This document shows, one piece after another, positions 35,279-42,606 of a stretch of DNA of 64,000 nt. The notes under the pieces were generated by a model that was not told the origin of the DNA, made no database searches, and worked only from the letters and a program-made list of their open reading frames with translations. Position 1 is the first letter of the stretch; each line of letters starts with the position of its first letter. Source of the DNA: a virus. The stretch is from the IMG/VR virus record IMGVR_UViG_3300046787_000206, positions 1-64,000 of that record; one strand, 5' to 3'. The translations under genes were made by a program, and so were the position numbers.

Positions 35279-35284
35279 GACTAC

Positions 35285-35443
35285 ATGGAACCTGTAAAAA
35301 TCGAAGACCCAAAAGAACGATACGAAATCTGCAAGTCTTGCCCTGAATTCTTTAAGCCAACCAGACAGTGCCGTGAGTGCATGTGCTTCATGTCGGTAAA
35401 GACTAAAGTACACGAGGCTACTTGCCCACTAGGAAAATGGTAA
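35285..35443 (+). CDS. Small six-Cys protein (52 aa, not in ORF track)
   Basis: ERYEICKSCPEF...QCRECMCFM..KT.....TCPLGKW. Confidence 0.8.
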   Translation: MEPVKIEDPKERYEICKSCPEFFKPTRQCRECMCFMSVKTKVHEATCPLGKW

Positions 35444-35448
35444 CCAAT

Positions 35449-35748
35449 ATGGACTACACACTAATCCGCACTGCACACGGCCCAGCTGTTCTAGGAGATG
35501 GAGAGGTTCTCTTCCTCAACCAGTTCCAGCAGCTAGTTGACTATATTGATGCTGACCCTAACTTCCTGGAGAATGCCAAGAAGTTTGTTTCAGATGAGAT
35601 TCGTCAGCTAGGTAACGACATCGCTGATAGTTTCTACAAGCCAGTGCTTGGAGGAGACCTTACTCAGCTATTGCACATGTATTTGAACTCGGTACAGCTT
35701 ATCGCTCAGCTAGAGCACAACTTTATCCCGAGTCTGCAGCACCGCTAG
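35449..35748 (+). CDS. Hypothetical protein
   Basis: Start reassigned to ATG 35449. Confidence 0.65.
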   Translation: MDYTLIRTAHGPAVLGDGEVLFLNQFQQLVDYIDADPNFLENAKKFVSDEIRQLGNDIADSFYKPVLGGDLTQLLHMYLNSVQLIAQLEHNFIPSLQHR

Positions 35749-35760
35749 AAAGGTTCCCAC

Positions 35761-36336
35761 ATGCGTGGAGGTAACGAAGGAAGCGATAGAAGTAGTCGCT
35801 TCGGCATGGACTACGAAGCTAAGTCTATCTACGAAGGTATGGCCGAAGAGCTTGGTGGTACCGTAGGCGTAGATGTTGACTGGTTCCGTTGGCAAGAATA
35901 CTGGCTAGACGATAATTATGTTGATGTCGTAGATGACATCTATGATGTATCTAGCTCAGAGCCTGGCAAGGGCCGCCGATGGATGCTTCCATTTAAGATG
36001 CCTGCAATCATGGCGCAGTTTATTCGTGGTAGTAACATCATGAACGAACGTGGTTTCTACGTAGCTGACACCCTGCGCCTAGTACTAAACGTAGGCGACG
36101 TACAGCGCCTAGTTCCTGGTTTGATTACCGATTCAAACACGCACATTAAAGATAGAATAATCTACCGTGGTGAAGTCTTTACTCCTACACGAGTTCTACC
36201 TCGTGGAGCTTTTGGTTACAAGTTTGCTGTCGTAACTATCGACTGCAACCAGGTAAACCCTGAGGAACTAGTGAACGACCCACAATTCACTAAGTACGCA
36301 TCGTTCCCTAAGACAGAGCGCAGAAATGCCGTTTAA
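35761..36336 (+). CDS. Probable head-tail connector (stopper-like) protein
   Basis: KDRIIYRGEVF pattern; synteny. Confidence 0.55.
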   Translation: MRGGNEGSDRSSRFGMDYEAKSIYEGMAEELGGTVGVDVDWFRWQEYWLDDNYVDVVDDIYDVSSSEPGKGRRWMLPFKMPAIMAQFIRGSNIMNERGFYVADTLRLVLNVGDVQRLVPGLITDSNTHIKDRIIYRGEVFTPTRVLPRGAFGYKFAVVTIDCNQVNPEELVNDPQFTKYASFPKTERRNAV

Positions 36337-36451
36337 GTCCCTAGCTCAGATGCGTCTGATGTACTCTAAAAATCCTAAGATGGCCAAAGAGTGGGCATCT
36401 AAGACCCCCAATATTAAATCTCTACCAGAAAAGGCAAGTAAGAATGGCTGA
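36326..36451 (+). CDS. Small basic protein (MPFKSLAQ..., 41 aa)
   Basis: Manual ORF overlapping both neighbours. Confidence 0.65.
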   Translation: MPFKSLAQMRLMYSKNPKMAKEWASKTPNIKSLPEKASKNG

Positions 36452-36746
36452 AAAGAAAAAGGAAACCTCTAAGAAGGACCCTCGTCTAGCCCGTGCTGGA
36501 GTTACTGGATACAACAAGCCTAAGCGTACGCCTGGGGCCGCAAAGTCACACGTAGTTGTGGCTAAGGAAGGTGACCAGATTAAGACTATCCGCTTTGGTC
36601 AGCAGGGCGTATCAGGCTCTCCTGAGAAGAAGGGCGAGTCTGAGGCATATCGCAAGCGCCGTGAATCATTCAAGGCTCGTCACGCCAAGAACATCGCTAA
36701 GGGAAAGATGTCAGCTGCTTACTGGGCTGACAAGGTTAAGTGGTAA
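36444..36746 (+). CDS. Small basic protein
   Basis: IRFGQQG...RRESFKARH...SAAYWA. Confidence 0.75.
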   Translation: MAEKKKETSKKDPRLARAGVTGYNKPKRTPGAAKSHVVVAKEGDQIKTIRFGQQGVSGSPEKKGESEAYRKRRESFKARHAKNIAKGKMSAAYWADKVKW

Positions 36747-36940
36747 TGGCTGAGAAGAAAAAGGCTACTAAGTCTAAGGTCAACGAGGCAGGCAACTACA
36801 CTAAGCCTGGTCTTCGTAAGACTATTTTTAACCAAATCAAAGCTGGCTCTAAAGGTGGCGACCCAGGTGAATGGTCTGCCCGTAAGGCCCAGCTTCTCGC
36901 TGCTGAGTATAAGAAGCGTGGCGGAGGATACAAGGACTAA
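36746..36940 (+). CDS. Small basic protein
   Basis: GEWSARKAQLLAAEYKKRGGGY; TAATG coupling. Confidence 0.75.
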   Translation: MAEKKKATKSKVNEAGNYTKPGLRKTIFNQIKAGSKGGDPGEWSARKAQLLAAEYKKRGGGYKD

Positions 36941-37185
36941 TGGCTAAAGCAAAGTCCCAACAGTCTTTAGATAAGTGGACAGACGAGAAGTGGAAGACCT
37001 CCGACGGTAAGCCGTCTAATGGTAAGAAGCGGTATCTTCCTGAAAAGGCCTGGGAGAACTTGAGCCCTGCTGAGAAGAAGGCTACGAATGCCGCTAAAGC
37101 TAAGGGCAATAAGAAGGGTGAGCAGTTTGTAGCTCAACCTAAGAAGATTGCCAAGAAGACTGCCGCCTATAGAAAGGCAAAGTAA
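36940..37185 (+). CDS. Small basic protein
   Basis: QQSLDKWT..KW...RYLPEKAW. Confidence 0.75.
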   Translation: MAKAKSQQSLDKWTDEKWKTSDGKPSNGKKRYLPEKAWENLSPAEKKATNAAKAKGNKKGEQFVAQPKKIAKKTAAYRKAK

Positions 37186-37478
37186 TGACAGTACCTGTAG
37201 GAACCCGCAAGAAGTTCGGGCCATACAAAGGCTCCGCTCAGAATGGTGGGCGTGAAATCTACGTCTGGAAGACCAAGACCAAAGATGGCTGGAAGACCGA
37301 GTCAAGCAACAAGGCTCGTGTAGACCACGAAGAAAATACTGGCCGTAAGCTGCCTAAGAATGTTGATGTTGACCACAAGGACAACAACAAGAAGAACGAC
37401 TCTAAGGGTAACCTTAGAGCCATGTCACACGGCAAGAATGTTGCTAAGGAAAACAAGCGTAGAGCAGGTAAAAAGTAA
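37185..37478 (+). CDS. HNH-motif basic protein
   Basis: DVDHKDNNKKND...NLRAMSHGKN. Confidence 0.7.
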   Translation: MTVPVGTRKKFGPYKGSAQNGGREIYVWKTKTKDGWKTESSNKARVDHEENTGRKLPKNVDVDHKDNNKKNDSKGNLRAMSHGKNVAKENKRRAGKK

Positions 37479-37609
37479 TGGCTGAGAAGAAGAAACCAAC
37501 AGTACCTAAGCTGCCTGAGCTACCTAAGCTCAAGAATCCAGCTATGGCCCGTGACCAAAGACTGTCTGTCCGTAAAGCTAACTCTCAAGGAAAGAAGAAA
37601 AGCAAATGA
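37478..37609 (+). CDS. Small basic protein (43 aa)
   Basis: Manual ORF, TAATG start, ATGA end. Confidence 0.6.
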   Translation: MAEKKKPTVPKLPELPKLKNPAMARDQRLSVRKANSQGKKKSK

Positions 37610-37650
37610 ACGAATGTAAGTGCGAAAACTGTAAGTGCGGTAAGAACTAA
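37606..37650 (+). CDS. 14-aa Cys-rich micropeptide MNECKCENCKCGKN
   Basis: Coupled at both ends (ATGA, TAATG). Confidence 0.55.
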   Translation: MNECKCENCKCGKN

Positions 37651-37964
37651 TGGCGGGTAAGCCCGCCTTCCTCAAGGGCAAGTACACTGAGGAAAAGGAC
37701 AAGAAGAAGGATGCCCAGATGACCAAGGGCCTAACCCCAGCTGAGAAGCGTAAGTTTGAGGCTGAGGACAAGAAGCACGGCGACAAGAAGAAGCCTAAGA
37801 CCATGGCTGAAGACAAGAAGATTGACGCCAAGATTATCAAGGGCATCAAGAAGCACTCAGCTCACGAGAAGGCTGAAGGCAAGGCTGGCGAGAAGCGTGA
37901 GAAGGCTGCGTGTTCATGCGGCAAGTGCGCATCATGTAAGGGCAAGAAAGCAGGAAAGAAGTAA
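37650..37964 (+). CDS. Lys-rich protein with C-terminal CSCGKCASC
   Basis: 104 aa, coupled. Confidence 0.7.
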   Translation: MAGKPAFLKGKYTEEKDKKKDAQMTKGLTPAEKRKFEAEDKKHGDKKKPKTMAEDKKIDAKIIKGIKKHSAHEKAEGKAGEKREKAACSCGKCASCKGKKAGKK

Positions 37965-38134
37965 TGGGTACTCCAATTTATGACAAGATGGTAGCCGAGC
38001 GTTCAGCTAAGAAAGCTGCGGCTTCGAAGCCTGCTCCTAAGGCAAAGCCTGTTACTAAGAAAGCCGCTGCTGCTGCGAAGCCTGCCCCTAAGGCAAAGCC
38101 TTTAAAGGCAAAGAAGTCTCCAGGTAGTTATTAA
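37964..38134 (+). CDS. K/A/P-rich histone H1-tail-like protein (56 aa)
   Basis: KKAAASKPAPKAKP repeated twice. Confidence 0.65.
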   Translation: MGTPIYDKMVAERSAKKAAASKPAPKAKPVTKKAAAAAKPAPKAKPLKAKKSPGSY

Positions 38135-38153
38135 CTCAACACAAACAAAGTTT

Positions 38154-38178
38154 AGCCCTGCTTTTTGCAGGGCTTTTC
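38154..38178 (+). terminator. Intrinsic terminator
   Basis: AGCCCTGC/GCAGGGCT then TTTCTTT. Confidence 0.65.
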
Positions 38179-38258
38179 TTTATCCTTAGAGGTGTAGTAA
38201 CCGTGCGGAAACTACCTAGCTTTTGCTAGACCCTGCGCCTGTAAAAAGGATTTTGCTG

Positions 38259-38468
38259 ATGCCTCCTGCAAACTTTAAGCCCTGGTGGGAACAAGTTGCA
38301 AATTTTGAGAATGGACAAGACCAAGAAGAGTTTCTTCGTGGTGTCTACCAAGGTTTGACTACTAGTCGCCCTGCCCAGCGCCAGTCCTATCTTATGGGTC
38401 TAGTCGCAGGCTACAAAAACAGGAAGTTCGCACAGCCAGAATCTTTTACAGGTAAGCCTAAGCAGTGA
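38259..38468 (+). CDS. Hypothetical protein
   Basis: AAGGA RBS before ATG 38259. Confidence 0.6.
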   Translation: MPPANFKPWWEQVANFENGQDQEEFLRGVYQGLTTSRPAQRQSYLMGLVAGYKNRKFAQPESFTGKPKQ

Positions 38469-38776
38469 AGCACTTCACCAACTCAGTAATCAAAGCAGCC
38501 CACACTGCGGCATCTCAGATGACCGCAGATATTCGTGCGTCTGCTTTGGCGAAGGGCTGGCACCCTGATGTCGTAGACAACATGCAGGTCAAGTACCACG
38601 AGGGTACTTTTAAAGTAGACATTCACCCAGACTACAAGGACCGTGCCTTCACTCACGAGTACGGCAATGAGTCTACCCGTCCTACCGCCGTTCTCCGTAA
38701 CCACGAAGGTCAGACTCACAAGTCTGAGCAGGTATTCGCTAAGAGCCTAAAGTCACACCTTGGAGGTAAGCTATGA
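38465..38776 (+). CDS. Neck/tail completion protein (HK97 gp10-like)
   Basis: HEYGN..TRP..VLR motif. Confidence 0.55.
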   Translation: MKHFTNSVIKAAHTAASQMTADIRASALAKGWHPDVVDNMQVKYHEGTFKVDIHPDYKDRAFTHEYGNESTRPTAVLRNHEGQTHKSEQVFAKSLKSHLGGKL

Positions 38777-39420
38777 CCTTTATTCTTTCAGAGGACAAGG
38801 CTCTTCGACAGAAGCTACAGACTATTACTGTAACTGACCAGAAGGCCGATGCAGAAGACACTCCACGACAGGTGGGCGTATGGTTTGGCCAGCCTGACCA
38901 AGAGCTACGCCCTCAGTCATACCCTTACATCACTATTGACCTAGTAAATGTGCAGCGTGACCCAGTTCGTGAAATGCGCTCAGACTTCATGGCACCTACT
39001 TACCTACAGCCAGAGAATCTTGCGCCTAACCAAAAGTTCATTGCTTCTGAGCTCGTGCCAGTGAGCTTGACCTATCAAGTAACTACCTACGCACGTAACC
39101 CTCGCCATGACCGACAGATTATCAGTCAGCTTCTTGGTCGAGTTCTACCTATTAGATTTGGCACCCTTGACGTGGATGACAACACCATCCGACGTTTGGA
39201 TGTCGTAAATATCTCTAAAAGAGATATGACTGAGCAGGCAAAACGCTTGTTCATGAATGCAATTACAGTGCAGGTTTCAAGTGAAATCACACTGGGAACA
39301 CTACAGAACATCTATCAGGTTCTAGAAGTACACATCGACAATCCTACCGACGTACGTGCTGGTGGCCACCCTGGCGACCCGTACTTCGAAGGTCTTGGTC
39401 CGACTATTATCACGGAATAA
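38773..39420 (+). CDS. Tail terminator-like protein
   Basis: YPYITIDL, PVSLTYQVT; precedes sheath. Confidence 0.6.
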   Translation: MTFILSEDKALRQKLQTITVTDQKADAEDTPRQVGVWFGQPDQELRPQSYPYITIDLVNVQRDPVREMRSDFMAPTYLQPENLAPNQKFIASELVPVSLTYQVTTYARNPRHDRQIISQLLGRVLPIRFGTLDVDDNTIRRLDVVNISKRDMTEQAKRLFMNAITVQVSSEITLGTLQNIYQVLEVHIDNPTDVRAGGHPGDPYFEGLGPTIITE

Positions 39421-39462
39421 TTCGTAACCCTTAGAAATAATCAACCTAGTTAGGAGATACCA

Positions 39463-40971
39463 ATGACGTATGAACGTCCTGGCGTTTACATTAATGAGCG
39501 CCTACTTCCTGCTCCAATCGCTTCAGCTGGCTCAGCAAATGCTGCTGGTGCGGTTATCGGAGCTTTCGGTCAGGGCCCTGAGGCTGTAACCCGTGTCACT
39601 TCGTGGTACGACTTCGTAAAGAAGTTCGGTGGCTACAACGCTATCTACCCTGCAACTTTCGGTATCGGCATGTTCTTCCAGAATGGCGGAAGTGAACTTT
39701 ACGTTCGCCGCATTCTTGCTGACGACGCTGTAGCTGCAAGCGCATCAATTCCAAAGGCTGTTGGCTCAGGTACCGTAGGTACCGTTACTTCCAAGGACCG
39801 TGGAACTGATGGTAACAACCTACGCATTCAGCTAACCGCTGCTTCTCGTGCAGGTTACTACAACCTAGTTGTTTACAAGGAAACCGTTGCTGGAACTGGT
39901 TCAAACGTTGCTAACGACGTTGTACTAGAGCAGTTCAACAACCTAGTAGTAGACAACGTACTTTCGTCAGACTACGCTGCCACTGTGGTTAACCAGAGCT
40001 CTCTGTACATCACTTTGACCATCACTGACTCAGTAAACGCACCTGCAACCTCAGTTGTACCTCTTACTGGTGGAAGCAACTCGACTAGCTCAACTGCTCC
40101 AACAGCTGTTGACTACACTGCTGCTTTGGCTGACTTCGAGACCCTTAACCGCCCTCTAGTAATCTTCTCTCCAGAAGTTGTTTACTACTTGGGTGAGGCT
40201 GACGGTCAGGACGTCCAGAACGCAATGATTGAGTGGGCTGCACTTAACAACAGCTTCGCTGTAGTAGACACTGCTGCAGACCTAACTGTTGCTGCTGCTC
40301 TTTCATACGCAGCAGGACTAACCAAGTCTAGCCACGGTGCTGCTTACTACCCACAGGTCTACATCTCAGACCCAGTAGGTCGTAGCTCATCTGCTCTACG
40401 TAAGGTTGGTGTTGCTGGTGCAGTTGCTGGTCTTTACCTACAGACCGACAAGACAGTTGGTCCATTCAAGGCTCCAGCTGGTGTTTACGCAAGCATCCGT
40501 GGTGCCGTAGCTCTAGAGCGTTCTTTGTCAGCTACTGACCTAGACGACCTAAACAGCGCAGCTGCTCCATTGAACGCAATCCGTAACCTTCCAGGTGCTG
40601 GCGTTGTTTCTATGGGTGCTCGCACACTTCTTCAAGATGGAACCGCAAACCGCTACGTCAACATGCGTCGTTCTTTGAACTACATCAAGAAGGAAGTAAA
40701 CGACATCTCTACCTTTGCATTGTTTGAGAACAATGACGAGCGTCTATGGGGTCGTCTACGTGCAGTAATCGGCAACTTCCTAAACGACTACCGCAACCAG
40801 GGCGGTCTCCGTGGAGACACTCCTGCGCTTGCTTACTACGTGAAGATTGACGCTGAGAACAACACCGTTGACTCAATCGCTAATGGTGAAGTACACATCG
40901 AAATCGGTGTAGCTCTACAGTACCCTGCTGAGTTCATCGTAATTACCCTCAGTCAGAAGACTGCAGTTTAA
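39463..40971 (+). CDS. Tail sheath protein
   Basis: RPGVYINE, FKAPAG, MGARTL, YVNMRR, LFENND, PAEFIVI. Confidence 0.95.
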   Translation: MTYERPGVYINERLLPAPIASAGSANAAGAVIGAFGQGPEAVTRVTSWYDFVKKFGGYNAIYPATFGIGMFFQNGGSELYVRRILADDAVAASASIPKAVGSGTVGTVTSKDRGTDGNNLRIQLTAASRAGYYNLVVYKETVAGTGSNVANDVVLEQFNNLVVDNVLSSDYAATVVNQSSLYITLTITDSVNAPATSVVPLTGGSNSTSSTAPTAVDYTAALADFETLNRPLVIFSPEVVYYLGEADGQDVQNAMIEWAALNNSFAVVDTAADLTVAAALSYAAGLTKSSHGAAYYPQVYISDPVGRSSSALRKVGVAGAVAGLYLQTDKTVGPFKAPAGVYASIRGAVALERSLSATDLDDLNSAAAPLNAIRNLPGAGVVSMGARTLLQDGTANRYVNMRRSLNYIKKEVNDISTFALFENNDERLWGRLRAVIGNFLNDYRNQGGLRGDTPALAYYVKIDAENNTVDSIANGEVHIEIGVALQYPAEFIVITLSQKTAV

Positions 40972-40990
40972 CCCGAAGGAGCTATAGACA

Positions 40991-41611
40991 ATGGCAACTA
41001 TTATCAATAACCGCTCAACTCTTGAGACTGACCCGATTAGAAACTTCCGATTCCTCGTGACTTTCAAGCCAATCGGTGGCGGTAGCTGGCTAGCAAATGC
41101 GCCTAAGAACGTAACTGTTGGCTTTACCTCAGTCTCAGGTCTGTCAGTAACCACTGACTCAATCCCTTACCGTGAAGGTGGCTATAACACCACTGTCCAC
41201 CAGATTCCTGGACAGACCACCTTTGCTCCAATCACCCTTCAGCGTGGTGTAGTACTAGGTACTTCACAGCACTGGGACTGGATGCGTAAATTGTTCGCAA
41301 CCGTACAGGGCGGTACCAACCGCACTGCTGGTGAGAACTTCCGCTCTGACATTGAGATTAAGGTGCTATCACACCCAATCCCAGGTTCAGCAGGTAGCGA
41401 AAACTCAACTATTGCTGGAGCATCTGCTGGAGATGACCACGTTGCAATGCGTTTCTACGTATACAACGCATGGCCAACCTCAGTAGCGTACTCTGACCTT
41501 AACGCAGGTGACAACGCTATTTTCGTAGAGCAGCTAACTCTAGTTCACGAAGGTTTCGACGTTAACTGGGCTACTGACCTAACTAAGGCAAACGAAGCAA
41601 AAGAATTCTAA
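40991..41611 (+). CDS. Tail tube protein (T4 gp19-like)
   Basis: DPIRNFRF, GFTSVSGL, YREGG, ITLQRG, NAWP. Confidence 0.92.
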   Translation: MATIINNRSTLETDPIRNFRFLVTFKPIGGGSWLANAPKNVTVGFTSVSGLSVTTDSIPYREGGYNTTVHQIPGQTTFAPITLQRGVVLGTSQHWDWMRKLFATVQGGTNRTAGENFRSDIEIKVLSHPIPGSAGSENSTIAGASAGDDHVAMRFYVYNAWPTSVAYSDLNAGDNAIFVEQLTLVHEGFDVNWATDLTKANEAKEF

Positions 41612-41635
41612 GACAGAATCTAAAAGGAAAATAAT

Positions 41636-42451
41636 ATGGCTACTACAACAACGATTAAAGCTGCAACTAACCCAGGTCTTGCAAACGACCTAATTAAAAA
41701 GGCTACTGCAGAAAAACAACAAACCGTACAACCTGCTGAGATTACCCCTCCTTCGGACACATTGGTGCTCCTCCCTGCTGGCTATGTAACAGACAGCGGG
41801 GAGGTCATCAATACCGCAGAGGTACGTGAGCTCACTGGACGAGATGAAGAAGCAATTGCAAAGAACCCTGCCACTGGTAAGGCTCTAGCAACCATCCTCT
41901 CTCGTGCAGTGGTTTCCGTAGGTCACCTAAAAGCAACCGATGAAATCCTTGACCGCCTACTTGCAGGAGACCGAGACGCACTGCTTCTTGGAATCTACAA
42001 GGCAACTTTTGGCAAGACTGCCAAGATTCTGTCTTACTGCATGGGATGTCAGGACGACAAAACTGTAGAAATCGACATTGACCAGGACATCACTACCAAG
42101 GCCCTAGTCAACCCTCTTACTGACCGCCACTTCGTTGTGAGCGGAAAGCACGAGTATGAAGTAAGCCTCCCAGATGGACGTATCCAGCGAGAGATTACTA
42201 CTAACACAGACAAGACTGTGGCAGAGCTAACGACTTTGCTACTAGAGCGAACCATTACTTCAATTGATGGTTCACCTGTTTACAGCAAGACCCAGGTGCA
42301 GAATATCGGCATCATGGACCGTCGTTTGATTGGCGAAGAACTAGCCAATCGTGCTGTAGGCCCACAGTTAGAAAATCTAGAGGTCTCTTGCCCAGACTGC
42401 GATGGAAAGGTAGAAGTTCCGATTAATTTCGGCACTTTGTTTCGATTCTAA
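41636..42451 (+). CDS. Tail assembly chaperone/hub-like protein
   Basis: VRELTGRDEE, two CxxC pairs; between tube and tape measure. Confidence 0.7.
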   Translation: MATTTTIKAATNPGLANDLIKKATAEKQQTVQPAEITPPSDTLVLLPAGYVTDSGEVINTAEVRELTGRDEEAIAKNPATGKALATILSRAVVSVGHLKATDEILDRLLAGDRDALLLGIYKATFGKTAKILSYCMGCQDDKTVEIDIDQDITTKALVNPLTDRHFVVSGKHEYEVSLPDGRIQREITTNTDKTVAELTTLLLERTITSIDGSPVYSKTQVQNIGIMDRRLIGEELANRAVGPQLENLEVSCPDCDGKVEVPINFGTLFRF

Positions 42452-42605
42452 CGTAGCGGGGTATCATCACCTCATGACCCAGTGGTCAGCCATAGCTAAG
42501 TACTTTACTGGCTGGTCACTAGATGAAATTAAAGAGCTCAGCCCGAGAGAAAGATTTAACTGGTTAGAGATAATCAGAGAGTCTAAAGGAATAGTAAGGA
42601 AGTGA
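42441..42605 (+). CDS. Chaperone C-terminal extension (+1 frameshift product, or independent ATG 42474)
   Basis: GWSLDEIKELSPRERFNWL; +1 frame open across TTT CGA. Confidence 0.65.
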   Translation, partial: FDSNVAGYHHLMTQWSAIAKYFTGWSLDEIKELSPRERFNWLEIIRESKGIVRK

Positions 42606-42606
42606 C

